Shown: positions 9,944 through 20,305 of the stretch, one piece after another
Numbering within the stretch: position 1 is the first letter of the stretch
How the letters are laid out: each line of letters starts with the position of its first letter
Source: an uncultured Prevotella sp.
GTDB lineage: Bacteria; Bacteroidota; Bacteroidia; Bacteroidales; Bacteroidaceae
Reading direction: 5' to 3'
Length of the DNA: 64,000 bases
Assembly: GCA_905198745.1 (NCBI GenBank)
Contig: CAJKDU010000007.1
Span: 7,565 to 71,564 of the forward strand
Program-made: the position numbers and the translations under genes
The notes under the pieces: generated by a model
Told to the model about the DNA's origin: nothing
Databases searched by the model: none
The model's input: only the letters and a program-made list of their open reading frames with translations

Positions 9944-10065
9944 GATGAATCCTTGTCTTTGTTCAATGCTAAAACAGAGTGGAAGCAAAAAACTTGCACG
10001 AAGATACGAAGAATATCGAATAAAACACGTATTTTTGTGAACAAATAACCTGCAAAAGCAAAATA

Positions 10066-10704
10066 ATGACAACACCAAGAGAGAAAAGAAACGAAAAACT
10101 GGCGCACAAGTTGATTGCCAATCTTGAACGCCGACACTTTGAGGCATACTACTGCAACACTTCGGCAGAGGCGGTGGAACTGGTCACTAGCCTTGTACCC
10201 GAAGGCAGCACCGTGACATGGGGCGGTTCGGCAAGCATCCGCGACACGGGCATCACGGACGCACTGAAACGCGGGCCCTACACAGTCTACGACCGCGACG
10301 GCATTACCGACGTGCACGAGAAAGAGGCTGTCTATCGCAAGGCTTTCGGCTGCGACTACTATCTGAGCAGTGTCAACGCCATGAGCGAGGACGGCGTGAT
10401 GGTCAACATCGACGGCAACGGCAACCGGGTGGCTGCCATCACCTGGGGCCCCCGTCGGGTCATCCTCGTGGTGGGGCTGAACAAGGTGTGCCAGGACGTG
10501 CCTTCGGCATTGGCACGTGCCCGTTCCACGGCAGCTCCCGTCAATGCGGCACGCTTTGACATCAATACTCCCTGTCAGGCAGACGGCATCTGCCACAACT
10601 GCCATTCGCCCGAAAGCATCTGCAACTACATCCATTTCCTCCGCAATTCGCATCCCGCCAAGCGTCACATCGTCATACTTGTGGGCGAAGATTTGGGCTA
10701 TTGA
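10066..10704 (+). CDS. LUD domain (lactate-utilisation-like) protein
   Basis: WGGS, NIDGNGNRVAA, GLNKV and a C-terminal Cys cluster. Confidence 0.85.
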   Translation: MTTPREKRNEKLAHKLIANLERRHFEAYYCNTSAEAVELVTSLVPEGSTVTWGGSASIRDTGITDALKRGPYTVYDRDGITDVHEKEAVYRKAFGCDYYLSSVNAMSEDGVMVNIDGNGNRVAAITWGPRRVILVVGLNKVCQDVPSALARARSTAAPVNAARFDINTPCQADGICHNCHSPESICNYIHFLRNSHPAKRHIVILVGEDLGY

Positions 10705-10728
10705 TGGGGCTAAATGAGGAAAAATGAC

Positions 10729-10736
10729 TAACTTTG
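10729..10736 (+). promoter_or_regulatory. -7 promoter box (TAACTTTG) for topB-porE operon
   Basis: TAnnTTTG about 30 nt upstream of the start. Confidence 0.6.
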
Positions 10737-10767
10737 CAAACTGATAAAAACAAAGAAACAAGAATCA

Positions 10768-12816
10768 ATGATAGTTTGTATTGCCGAGAAACCGAGCGTG
10801 GCAAAGGACATAGCACGCATTATCGGAGCCAACAGTTCACACAACGGGTATATGGAGGGCAACGGGTATCAGGTGACCTGGACTTTCGGCCACCTCTGTA
10901 CCCTGAAGGAACCTGACGACTACACCCCTATGTGGAAGCGCTGGAGTCTGGCTGCACTGCCCATGATCCCACCACGTTTCGGCATCAAACTCATTGAGGA
11001 CGAAGGCATCAAGAAGCAATTCTCCGTCATCGAGAAGCTCATGCAGCATGCCGACAGCATCATCAACTGCGGTGACGCCGGACAAGAGGGAGAACTCATA
11101 CAGCGCTGGGTGATGCAGAAGGCGCAAGCCAAGTGCCCGGTGAAGCGGCTCTGGATATCCTCCATGACGGACGAAGCCATCAAGGAGGGCTTTCAGAACC
11201 TGAAAGACCAGGCCGAATACCAGCCTCTCTATTTGGCTGGCATGAGCCGTGCCATTGGCGACTGGATACTGGGCATGAATGCCACCCGACTCTATACGTT
11301 GAAGTACGGACAGAACAAACAGGTGCTCAGCATAGGGCGTGTGCAGACACCCACGCTCGCCCTCATTGTGAACAGACAGAAGGAAATAGACAATTTCAAG
11401 CCGGAACCCTATTGGGTTCTGTCCACTATATACCGCGATACGCTTTTCACCGCCACCAAGGGCAAGTTCACGTCCAAGGAGGAAGGCGAGCAGTCGTTTG
11501 CAGCCATAGAGGGGAAGCCCTTTACGGTGACCAGCGTGACGAAGAAAAAAGGCACCGAGGCACCGCCTCATCTGTTCGACTTGACGTCGCTCCAAGTGGA
11601 GTGCAACAAGAAGTTCAGCTACTCTGCCGAGATGACACTCAACCTGATACAGGGACTTTACGAGAAGAAACTGACCACTTATCCCCGTGTAGACACCCAG
11701 TTTCTCAGCGACGACATCTATCCCAAGTGTCCCAATACGCTCCGCGGACTCCGTGGGTATGAAGCACTTACCCAGCCTCTGCTGGCTAAGCCCCTGCCCA
11801 AGAGCAAGAAGGTGTTCGACACTTCAAAGGTGACCGACCACCATGCCATCATCCCCACAGGTGTGCCCGCCATGAATCTGTCCGACATGGAACGCAATGT
11901 CTACGACTTGATTGCCAAGCGCTTTATTGCCGTGTTCTACCCCGACTGCAAGTTTTCCACTACCACCGTGTTGGGCAAAGTGGAAGACGTGGAGTTCAAG
12001 GTGACGGGCAAGGAGATACTCAGTCCGGGCTGGCGCGTGGTCTACGGCAAGGAAGACACCGTACAGGCCGACGACGACAAGAAGACGGACGACGAGCGCA
12101 CCCTGCCCACTTTCACCCAGGGCGAAACGGGAAGCCACCAGCCTACACTCACCGAGAAATACACCACACCTCCCAAATATTATACCGAAGCCACATTGCT
12201 CCGTGCCATGGAGACAGCGGGCAAATTCGTTGACAACGACGAACTCCGTGCCGCACTCAAGGAGAACGGCATCGGGCGTCCGTCGTCGCGTGCCGGCATC
12301 ATAGAGACGCTGTTCAAGCGCCACTACATCCGCCGCGAACGCAAGAACCTGCTCGCCACCCCTACAGGCATTGAACTCATAGACACCATTCACGAGGAGC
12401 TGCTCAAGAGTTGCGAACTGACGGGTATCTGGGAGAAGAAACTGCGCGACATAGAGCACAGGAAATATGAAGCGGGTGAGTTCATCAATGGCCTGAAAGA
12501 ACAAATCAACGAGATCGTGAACGACGTGTTGCGCGACAATTCCAACCGACACGTGGCCATCACCACCGACGAAGACCTGAAGAAGAAGACACCGCGCAAG
12601 CGGAACACTGCGCCCAAGGCGACCACCGTCAAGAAGGCTGCTGCCCAACCGAAGGCCACGCCCAAGCCTGTTTCTGCCACACTGTCAGCCCAGGAAGACC
12701 TGGCGGGCAAACCCTGTCCCGTGTGCGGCAAGGGCGTTATCATCAAGGGCAAGACCGCCTATGGCTGTTCGCGATGGAAGGAAGGATGCAACTTCCGCAA
12801 ACCGTTCGGGGCATAG
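10768..12816 (+). CDS. topB: DNA topoisomerase III
   Basis: IAEKPSVA, CGDAGQEGE, SIGRVQTPTL, TYPRVD (catalytic Tyr), DHHAIIPT, C-terminal zinc ribbon. Confidence 0.95.
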   Translation: MIVCIAEKPSVAKDIARIIGANSSHNGYMEGNGYQVTWTFGHLCTLKEPDDYTPMWKRWSLAALPMIPPRFGIKLIEDEGIKKQFSVIEKLMQHADSIINCGDAGQEGELIQRWVMQKAQAKCPVKRLWISSMTDEAIKEGFQNLKDQAEYQPLYLAGMSRAIGDWILGMNATRLYTLKYGQNKQVLSIGRVQTPTLALIVNRQKEIDNFKPEPYWVLSTIYRDTLFTATKGKFTSKEEGEQSFAAIEGKPFTVTSVTKKKGTEAPPHLFDLTSLQVECNKKFSYSAEMTLNLIQGLYEKKLTTYPRVDTQFLSDDIYPKCPNTLRGLRGYEALTQPLLAKPLPKSKKVFDTSKVTDHHAIIPTGVPAMNLSDMERNVYDLIAKRFIAVFYPDCKFSTTTVLGKVEDVEFKVTGKEILSPGWRVVYGKEDTVQADDDKKTDDERTLPTFTQGETGSHQPTLTEKYTTPPKYYTEATLLRAMETAGKFVDNDELRAALKENGIGRPSSRAGIIETLFKRHYIRRERKNLLATPTGIELIDTIHEELLKSCELTGIWEKKLRDIEHRKYEAGEFINGLKEQINEIVNDVLRDNSNRHVAITTDEDLKKKTPRKRNTAPKATTVKKAAAQPKATPKPVSATLSAQEDLAGKPCPVCGKGVIIKGKTAYGCSRWKEGCNFRKPFGA

Positions 12817-12900
12817 CGTGCACCATGCCGCCGCTTGCGGATGGCGTTGGGAGCCTTCGCCCGATACACTTTCCCCTCATTTCTGTAAAAACAAAGACAC

Positions 12901-14961
12901 ATGTCCAGGACATCCATTCTACTTTTGCTGGCAGGCATCGTGCTGCTCACGGCTTGCGGGGCAGACAAGAACCTCAAGAAGGGCGAGAAGTTTCTCGCCT
13001 TGGGAGAGTATTATGACGCTGCCGGAGAGTTCAAGCAAGCCTATGCCAAGACACCTGCCAAGGAACGCGACAAGCGCGGACAGATTGCCTCACGGATGGC
13101 CTATGCCTACGCACGCATCAACTCGTCGCAACGTTCCATAGCCGCTTTCCGCAACCAGATACGCTACAAGCAAGACAGCATCGGCACTCATCTCGCCTTT
13201 GCCCGCCAGTTGCTTCGCAATGGCGACTACAAGGAAGCCGCCAAGGAGTTCCAGCTGGTGCTCGACTCCATGCCCGACAATGTGCTGGCACGCAACGGAC
13301 TCCAGTCGGCACGGATGGCCCCTCAATGGAAAAAGGAGGGGTCGCGCTATACGGTGAAACGTATGGACGTGTTCAATTCACGCCGGGCAGACTATTCGCC
13401 TGTGCTCTTCGGCGACCAGTATGACCAGCTTTATTTCACTTCCACCCGCAACGAGTCGTCGGGCGACGAACTGAGCGGCATCACGGGCGCTAAGGCTGGC
13501 GATATCTTCGTGTCGCAGAAAGACGACAAGGGGAAATGGAGCAAGCCCGAAGCGGTGGCCGGTGGACTGAACACGGACTACGACGAGGGAGCCTGTTGTT
13601 TCTCGCCCGACCAGCGTGAGATGTATCTCACCCAGTGTGTCACCGACCCTTCCTATCCACGCTATGCCTCGATTGTCACTTCCAGCCGGAGTGATGCTGC
13701 CTGGGGCAAGACGCAAAAGGTGGAGCTTTCCCGCGACACGCTTTCCAGCTATGCGCATCCTGCCATTTCGCCCGACGGGCAGTGGCTCTACTTCGTGTCC
13801 GACATGCCTGGAGGCAAGGGCGGACTCGACATCTGGCGCGTGCGCCTGACAAGTGCCGGTCTCGGCGGCGTGGAGAACGTGGGCGAACCCATCAACACAC
13901 CGGGCAACGAGGAGTTCCCGACTTTCCGTCCCAATGGCGACCTCTATTTCTCGTCCGACGGGCATCCCGGCATGGGCGGGCTCGACATCTACATAGCCAA
14001 GGTGGGCAAAGACCGGAAGTGGCATCTCGAACATCCGGGCTATCCGCTCAACTCACAGGGCGACGACTTCGGCATGACTTTCGAGGGCGCTCTCAACCGG
14101 GGATTCTTCTCTTCCAACCGGGGCGACGGCAGAGGTTGGGACCATATCTACAGTTTTGACAATCCCGAAATCGTACAGACCGTGAAGGGATGGGTGTATG
14201 AGCAGGAGGGCTACGAACTTCCTGCCGCACAGGTATACATGGTAGGCAACGACGGCACCAACCTGAAACTCAGCGTGAAGGGCGACGGTTCGTTCACACA
14301 GGTCATACAGCCCAATGTGGACTACATCATGCTGGCCACCTGCAAAGGTTATCTCAACCATAAGGAGGAACTCAAGGTGCCTGTGGTTACCGAGTCGAAA
14401 GAATACACTCTCCAGTTCCCGCTCGCATCCATCTCGGTGCCGGTGATGATTGACAATATCTTCTACGACTTCGACAAGGCTACGCTAAGGCCCGACTCGG
14501 AGAAGGCTCTCGATGAACTGGTGAAACTGCTCAACGAGAACCCCAATGTGACTATCGAACTGAGTGCCCACTGCGACTATAGAGGCAATGCAGACTACAA
14601 CAAGGCTCTCTCACAGCGCCGGGCAGAAGCCGTGGTGGACTATCTCACACGAAAGGGCATCGCCAAAGACCGGCTCACGCCCATGGGCTATGGCAAGGAG
14701 AAGCCCAAGAAGATAAGGAAAAAGCTGACCGAGACCTACACCTGGCTTAAAGAAGGTGATGAGTTGACCGAAGAGTTTATCAAGAAGCAAACCAAAGAAC
14801 ATCAGGAAATATGCAACCAGCTGAACCGCCGTACCGAGTTCATCGTGCTCCGCACCACCTATGGCATGTTTGATGCCGACGGCAAGCTGAAGCGGCAGCC
14901 GGCTCCGAAGAAGAAGAACGACAGCAAGGGAGCCGACGACTTTGAAGTTTCCTTTGAATAA
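12901..14961 (+). CDS. porE: T9SS peptidoglycan-binding lipoprotein PorE (TPR, PD40 propeller, OmpA_C)
   Basis: Lipobox LTAC, TPR, PD40 repeats (LYFSSDG, GGLDI), OmpA domain (FYDFDKA, AHCD, LSQRRA, NRRTEF). Confidence 0.8.
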   Translation: MSRTSILLLLAGIVLLTACGADKNLKKGEKFLALGEYYDAAGEFKQAYAKTPAKERDKRGQIASRMAYAYARINSSQRSIAAFRNQIRYKQDSIGTHLAFARQLLRNGDYKEAAKEFQLVLDSMPDNVLARNGLQSARMAPQWKKEGSRYTVKRMDVFNSRRADYSPVLFGDQYDQLYFTSTRNESSGDELSGITGAKAGDIFVSQKDDKGKWSKPEAVAGGLNTDYDEGACCFSPDQREMYLTQCVTDPSYPRYASIVTSSRSDAAWGKTQKVELSRDTLSSYAHPAISPDGQWLYFVSDMPGGKGGLDIWRVRLTSAGLGGVENVGEPINTPGNEEFPTFRPNGDLYFSSDGHPGMGGLDIYIAKVGKDRKWHLEHPGYPLNSQGDDFGMTFEGALNRGFFSSNRGDGRGWDHIYSFDNPEIVQTVKGWVYEQEGYELPAAQVYMVGNDGTNLKLSVKGDGSFTQVIQPNVDYIMLATCKGYLNHKEELKVPVVTESKEYTLQFPLASISVPVMIDNIFYDFDKATLRPDSEKALDELVKLLNENPNVTIELSAHCDYRGNADYNKALSQRRAEAVVDYLTRKGIAKDRLTPMGYGKEKPKKIRKKLTETYTWLKEGDELTEEFIKKQTKEHQEICNQLNRRTEFIVLRTTYGMFDADGKLKRQPAPKKKNDSKGADDFEVSFE

Positions 14962-14969
14962 TACCTATT

Positions 14970-16406
14970 ATGAACATTCCTTTAAGTCCCGTATTCATTG
15001 AACATACGCGCTCATTGATGGGCGAGGAGCGCTTCGGCCGATTCCTCAAGGCCTTCGACGAGGAACCGCCTGTGAGCATCCGTGTGAACCCGTTCAAGCA
15101 TGCCGTGGCAACAGAGGGCGACCCTGTGCCGTGGTGTCCCGGTGGTTGCTATCTGTCCTCCCGTCCGTCCTTTACCTTCGACCCGCTGTTTCATGCCGGT
15201 GCCTACTATGTGCAGGAGGCGGGCAGCATGTTCATCGACCGGGTGCTCCGGCAATATGTGCACCGTCCGGTGACCATGCTCGACCTTTGTGCTGCACCCG
15301 GAGGCAAGTCTACGGCGGCACGTACGGCTCTGCCCAAGGGCAGCTTGCTCTTCAGCAACGAGCCTATGCGCCAGCGTGCCAACGTGCTGGCGGAGAACAT
15401 GCAGAAGTGGGGACACCCCGATGTGGTGGTGACCAACAACTATCCGAAGGACTACCGGCAGTCGGGCCTGCGCTTCGACGTTATTCTTGCCGACGTGCCC
15501 TGTTCGGGAGAGGGCATGTTCCGCAAGGACGAGGGAGCTGTGGGCGAATGGAGCACACAGAACGTGGAGCATTGCCGCAGGCTGCAACGCGAAATCGTGG
15601 AAGACATCTGGCCTTGTCTTAATCCCGGCGGCTTGCTCATCTATTCCACGTGCACCTTCAACAGCCAGGAGGACGAGGAGAACGTGAGTTGGATACAAAG
15701 TCAGACGGGAGCTGAAATGCTTGCTGTCGACACGTGTCCCGAATGGCACATCACAGCCTCGCTTTTGAAAGGAGAGGAGCAGATGCCCGTCTATCGCTTC
15801 ATCCCCGGCATCACCCGCACCGAGGGACTCTTTGTCTGTGTGCTGCGCAAGTCCGACAACGGCATGGCGGAGGAAACGATGACCGTCAAGGGCAGGAAAA
15901 AGAAGGCAAAGGCAGACAAGGGCGGACGGAAACAACAGAAGTTGCCGCCACTTCCCGCGTGGCTTTCCGGTCAGGAGCACTACAGGATTCTCATGAACGA
16001 ATCCTCGGTCATGGCTATCCCCGAGGCTTGGGCTGACATCTATGCCGCTGCTTCCGGATTGAAGATTCTCCATGCAGGCATTACCCTGGGCACTGTCAAG
16101 GGCAAGAACTTGGTGCCCTCGCAGTCGCTCGCTCTTTCCACCGAACTCCTCAGAGGCTCTTTCCCCACAGTGGAAGTGGACTACAAGACAGCCATCGCCT
16201 ACCTGCGCACCGAAGCCGTGACATTGCCCGAGGGCACTCCCACAGGCTACGTGTTGCTCACCTATGGCGGCGGATTCCCCATAGGGTTCGTGAAGAACAT
16301 TGGCAACCGCGCCAACAATCTCTATCCCGCCGAGTGGAAAATCAAGAGTTCGCACGTGCCCGACACGGCACCGCAGACCGGCATTATCATTGACGACAAC
16401 ATATAA
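14970..16406 (+). CDS. RsmF/RsmB-NOL1 family rRNA m5C methyltransferase
   Basis: [29 protein letters not shown] and YSTCT motifs. Confidence 0.92.
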   Translation: MNIPLSPVFIEHTRSLMGEERFGRFLKAFDEEPPVSIRVNPFKHAVATEGDPVPWCPGGCYLSSRPSFTFDPLFHAGAYYVQEAGSMFIDRVLRQYVHRPVTMLDLCAAPGGKSTAARTALPKGSLLFSNEPMRQRANVLAENMQKWGHPDVVVTNNYPKDYRQSGLRFDVILADVPCSGEGMFRKDEGAVGEWSTQNVEHCRRLQREIVEDIWPCLNPGGLLIYSTCTFNSQEDEENVSWIQSQTGAEMLAVDTCPEWHITASLLKGEEQMPVYRFIPGITRTEGLFVCVLRKSDNGMAEETMTVKGRKKKAKADKGGRKQQKLPPLPAWLSGQEHYRILMNESSVMAIPEAWADIYAAASGLKILHAGITLGTVKGKNLVPSQSLALSTELLRGSFPTVEVDYKTAIAYLRTEAVTLPEGTPTGYVLLTYGGGFPIGFVKNIGNRANNLYPAEWKIKSSHVPDTAPQTGIIIDDNI

Positions 16407-16410
16407 CGAC

Positions 16411-17205
16411 ATGAAACAATATTTAGACCTTCTAAACCGCATCCTTACTGAAGGACACCGTAAGACCGACCGTACCGGAACCGGCACGATGAGCGTCTTC
16501 GGAAACCAGATGCGCTTCGACCTGGCCGACGGATTTCCGTTGCTCACCACCAAGAAGCTTCATCTGAAGTCTATCATCTATGAGTTGCTGTGGTTCCTTC
16601 GCGGCGACACCAACATCAAGTATCTCAAGGACCATGGCGTCAGCATTTGGGACGAGTGGGCTGACGAGAATGGTGAACTCGGTCCCGTCTATGGCCATCA
16701 GTGGCGCTCCTGGCCCGACTACAACGGCGGAAGCATAGACCAGATAGCCAACGTGATTGACCAAATCAAGCACCATCCCGACTCGCGCCGCATGCTGGTG
16801 TGTGCCTGGAATGTGGCCGAAATAGACAAGATGCAGTTGCCGCCATGCCACTGTCTGTTCCAGTTCTATGTGGCCGATGGCAAGTTAAGCCTGCAGCTCT
16901 ACCAGCGCAGTGCCGACACATTCCTGGGTGTGCCCTTCAACATCGCCTCCTATGCCCTGCTTTTGCAGATGATGGCGCAGGTGACGGGCCTTGAGGCAGG
17001 AGAGTTTATCCACACCACGGGCGACACGCATCTTTATCTGAACCATCTCGACCAGGCGCGTCTGCAACTCACGCGCGAGCCTCGTCCGTTGCCCAAGATG
17101 AAGCTTAATCCCGATGTGAAGAGCCTTTTCGATTTCCAGTATGAAGACTTCCAGCTGGAGGACTACAATCCTTGGCCGCACATCAAGGCTGCCGTATCGG
17201 TTTAA
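16411..17205 (+). CDS. thyA: thymidylate synthase
   Basis: [32 protein letters not shown] motifs; start at ATG 16411. Confidence 0.98.
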   Translation: MKQYLDLLNRILTEGHRKTDRTGTGTMSVFGNQMRFDLADGFPLLTTKKLHLKSIIYELLWFLRGDTNIKYLKDHGVSIWDEWADENGELGPVYGHQWRSWPDYNGGSIDQIANVIDQIKHHPDSRRMLVCAWNVAEIDKMQLPPCHCLFQFYVADGKLSLQLYQRSADTFLGVPFNIASYALLLQMMAQVTGLEAGEFIHTTGDTHLYLNHLDQARLQLTREPRPLPKMKLNPDVKSLFDFQYEDFQLEDYNPWPHIKAAVSV

Positions 17206-17229
17206 AACAACATGTAAGAAGGTGAAACA

Positions 17230-17712
17230 ATGAGAATCAACATCATAGCAGCCGTGGCAAAGAATCGTGCCATAGGCTTTGAAAACAAACTAATCTATTG
17301 GCTGCCCAACGACTTGAAGCGTTTCAAGGCACTCACCACGGGGCATACCATCATCATGGGGCGTCGCACTTTTGAGTCTCTTCCCAAGGGGGCTTTGCCC
17401 AACCGTCGCAATGTGGTGCTGAGCCGCACGGTGCACGAACATCCGGGATGCGACACCTATGCTTCTCTTGAGGAGGCACTGGAACATTGCTCTCCCGAAG
17501 AGGACATCTATATCATTGGCGGTTCGAGCGTCTATGAGCAGGCATTGCCCGTGGCCAACCGCCTCTGTCTGACCGAAATAGACGACACTCCGGCTGCTGC
17601 CGATGCCTTTTTCCCAAGCTATGACGGCTGGACAGAAACTTGGCGCGAGGACCACGAAACGGACGAGAAACACCGTTTCCGCTATGCTTTCGTAGACTAC
17701 GAGCGGAAGTAA
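17230..17712 (+). CDS. folA: dihydrofolate reductase
   Basis: IIMGRRTFES, LPNRRNVVLS and IIGG motifs; follows thyA. Confidence 0.96.
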   Translation: MRINIIAAVAKNRAIGFENKLIYWLPNDLKRFKALTTGHTIIMGRRTFESLPKGALPNRRNVVLSRTVHEHPGCDTYASLEEALEHCSPEEDIYIIGGSSVYEQALPVANRLCLTEIDDTPAAADAFFPSYDGWTETWREDHETDEKHRFRYAFVDYERK

Positions 17713-17774
17713 AAGAAGAAGCTTGCAGACAGCAGTTCTGTGCCTGTCAACCGTTGGCTCTGTTACTCCCATGT

Positions 17775-17879
17775 AGAAGTCGGCGACTTTCATCCCGTAA
17801 GTCGGCGACTTCTACATCGTTAGTGGCAGAGTAACGGAGTGCTAACGGCATACTGACAAATCGTAAGTCGGCAACTTGC
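17775..17879. repeat. array of five 17-bp imperfect palindromes at exact 22-bp period
   Basis: Units start at 17775, 17797, 17819, 17841 and 17863, separated by 5-bp spacers; same unit as in the modular repeats. Confidence 0.8.
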
Positions 17880-18040
17880 GATACAGAAATCTGTGATAGG
17901 CGGAAATTATGCCCTTCTCCAAGGGATTGTCGCCGAAGTTTTCACTATCGCCATGACGACCGATGGTCTGTTTTCTTGACGAGAGAAGGAAATCTACATT
18001 GGGCAGTCTGCATCTTTGGGAGCACTCATTCCCCTGAAAC

Positions 18041-18087
18041 GTGAAGACCGGTTGCTTGCCCCTCTTGGGCTTGCAACCGGTCTTCAC
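18041..18087. terminator. hairpin downstream of the Lrp/AsnC gene
   Basis: Perfect 15-bp stem GTGAAGACCGGTTGC/GCAACCGGTCTTCAC. Confidence 0.6.
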
Positions 18088-18113
18088 ATTTATCTCTCTT
18101 ATCTCTTTTCCTG

Positions 18114-18614
18114 TTATTCGTCAGCCTCTTCTTCAAAGGCATTCTCCGTCTGGTCGCTCAGTATAGGGAGCGGACGGTTGATGGCAGCATTGAAGGAGAT
18201 GATGGTCTCGCTGCGCGAAAGGCCGAGTGGCTGGAGCTTGTCGTGGATGATGTTCATCAGATGATGGTTGTTCATGGCATAAATCTTGATGAACATGTCG
18301 AAGCCACCTGTCGTGTAGTGACATTCCACTACCTCGGGTATCCGCTTCAATCCCTCTACTACCTGGTCAAACTTCTCAGGGTCCTTCAGGTAAAGACCGA
18401 TATAGGCGCAGGTTTCATAGCCTATCTTCTCTGGATCTATGATGAATTGGGAACCTTTCAGGATACCCATATTGGTAAGTTTCTGAATACGCTGGTGAAT
18501 GGCTGCACCGCTTACATTGCAAGCGCGGGCAACCTCAAGAAATGGTATTCGGGCATCCTCGGCAATGAGGCGAAGGATTTTCTTGTCCAAATAATCTAAA
18601 CGATGATGTGCCAT
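18114..18614 (-). CDS. Lrp/AsnC family transcriptional regulator
   Basis: LDYLDKKIL...DARIPFLEVAR HTH and EVVECHYTTGGFD ligand domain; start at ATG 18614. Confidence 0.93.
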   Translation of the reverse strand: MAHHRLDYLDKKILRLIAEDARIPFLEVARACNVSGAAIHQRIQKLTNMGILKGSQFIIDPEKIGYETCAYIGLYLKDPEKFDQVVEGLKRIPEVVECHYTTGGFDMFIKIYAMNNHHLMNIIHDKLQPLGLSRSETIISFNAAINRPLPILSDQTENAFEEEADE

Positions 18615-18748
18615 AATTGTTTTTAATTTGCTGCAAAGATACAACAAAGTATTTAAAACGGCAACAGTTTTCCTATAAAATGTTATGTTTTTCTTTTTGA
18701 AAGCACAAAAACATAAGCATTTGTTAAGCACAAGTAGCGTGTCTTACT

Positions 18749-19216
18749 CTATTTCCTGCCTCTTTCCACGGCGGAATAGTTCACTTTCAAGGCACCTGCG
18801 CGACGCAAAGCCTGCTTCACGTCGGTGATGAATCCCATGCGGGTGTGCTGGTCGGCCTTGATGGATACGGTCATGCGTTTGGCGTCCTCGGCCTGCATGT
18901 TGGTGTGTTCTGTTGCCACGTAGTCTGTCACGCCCGTCACGTCGGAGAACTTGTCGTTGACTTGTATGCGCGACTCGCTGCTCGTCTGCTTGCCGAGTTT
19001 GTCCGACGGCCTGCCTATATAAATATAGGTGACAGCCGATTTCTTGGTCAGCCGTGTAAGCTCCGTTCCTGCTGGAACTTGGTATTTCACCTTGAGCGTG
19101 ACCTTGCGCATGTGGGTTACAATCATGAAAAAGAAGAGCACGGTGAATATCAGGTCGGGCAGCGAAGCGGTGTTCAGTCCCGGCACGTCGTGCCCTTGTC
19201 TGCGGAAACGACTCAT
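18749..19216 (-). CDS. exbD: ExbD/TolR family protein
   Basis: SLPDLIFTVLFFFMIVT TM with conserved Asp, IKAD motif. Confidence 0.9.
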   Translation of the reverse strand: MSRFRRQGHDVPGLNTASLPDLIFTVLFFFMIVTHMRKVTLKVKYQVPAGTELTRLTKKSAVTYIYIGRPSDKLGKQTSSESRIQVNDKFSDVTGVTDYVATEHTNMQAEDAKRMTVSIKADQHTRMGFITDVKQALRRAGALKVNYSAVERGRK

Positions 19217-19809
19217 CTTGCGCCTCCTTTCTCGCTGGTGTCATACACTTCCGATATGCGTTGCGGATAACATTCGCGCAGGGCTTTGCGTTCTTCTTCG
19301 CTGCATTGCATGTAGCTTCTGTGGAACTTTTTCTGTGCCAAGGCATTGCGGAGCTGGGCATAGGCTGCCATCACTTCGTTCTGCACGCGGAAGTAGGTGT
19401 TGTAGTCGGCGTCGCGGTCGGTCTCTATGGAGATGATGTGCTGGTCGCTCACGTCAAACGTGCCCACAAGCGCCACCTTGCGTCGGGTCTTTTGGGGAAG
19501 GTCTGCCCGGTCTTGCGGATTGCCCACGAACTCAGCCACACGGCGACGCAGTAGGCCCAACGCTACAGGTTTCCCTCCGGCGAGAATGGAGTCGGTGCGT
19601 GTGATGCTTATTTTCATTACGTTGCGCTCGGCTGCATCGGTAGGCTCCTGGTGCTCTTCGTCGGGCTGTATGGGCGGCAACTGGCGCGACAAGCCCTTGT
19701 CCACGTCCATCGAACTGGTGACGAGGAACAGGATGAGCAGCATGAACGAGATGTCTGCTGTCGATGTGGTGTTCAGTTGCGGCACCCGCCGCCTTCTTTT
19801 CCTAAACAT
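19213..19809 (-). CDS. exbD: ExbD/TolR family protein
   Basis: STADISFMLLILFLVTSSM TM motif, YPQRISE C-terminus. Confidence 0.88.
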   Translation of the reverse strand: MFRKRRRRVPQLNTTSTADISFMLLILFLVTSSMDVDKGLSRQLPPIQPDEEHQEPTDAAERNVMKISITRTDSILAGGKPVALGLLRRRVAEFVGNPQDRADLPQKTRRKVALVGTFDVSDQHIISIETDRDADYNTYFRVQNEVMAAYAQLRNALAQKKFHRSYMQCSEEERKALRECYPQRISEVYDTSEKGGAR

Positions 19810-20305
19810 GTTTCTTTCGGATGTATTTCATGTTGCCGTAGACCACAGTGCCCGCGGCGATGACAATCAGAATGAGGGAACTGCTCACGAACATGTCTGC
19901 CAACTTGAGCCAGCCCCACGATTCGAACCATTTCCCGTTGATGAGAATGGGCTGTGAAGAGCCAATGAGAAACGTAACGACGAGCAGTAGGATGGTTCCG
20001 CAGGTCACGCTCGTGGCTATCTTGGCCCTGTTGATGCCGTCTATCTTGCGCTCTCCCTTGAACTTCAGGCTCCGTGTGATCGACCATACTGCCACAACCA
20101 TGGCTCCGGCGAGGAGCACGTAGATGAGTGCAAGCACAGCGTCGGTGAACAGGGGCGCGTTGAATTCGGGGTTATCGTCGAACGGACGGTCGAAGCCGAT
20201 GAGGCTGAAAGCGGCAAACACTACCGCTATCACTGCAGCCAGCACGTAGAGCAGACGCATGGAAATGCGCTCCGTGGGCCACGACTTCAAGTTGATGTGT
20301 TTCAT
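19802..20305 (-). CDS. membrane protein of the exbB-exbD operon
   Basis: About four hydrophobic helices; overlaps both neighbours. Confidence 0.8.
   Translation of the reverse strand: MKHINLKSWPTERISMRLLYVLAAVIAVVFAAFSLIGFDRPFDDNPEFNAPLFTDAVLALIYVLLAGAMVVAVWSITRSLKFKGERKIDGINRAKIATSVTCGTILLLVVTFLIGSSQPILINGKWFESWGWLKLADMFVSSSLILIVIAAGTVVYGNMKYIRKKHV

Noticed and set aside
10768..12816. topB as a marker of a conjugative element
   Set aside because: It is operonic with porE and an rRNA methyltransferase, and there are no tra, relaxase or integrase genes
15012..16553. Long antisense ORFs (also 26848-28089, 35061-36335, 56534-57652, 60433-61569)
   Set aside because: Each shadows a well-supported gene on the opposite strand and has no recognisable motifs
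17775..17879. 22-bp arrays as a CRISPR or mini-CRISPR array
   Set aside because: Spacers are only 5 bp, the repeats are degenerate and no cas genes are present
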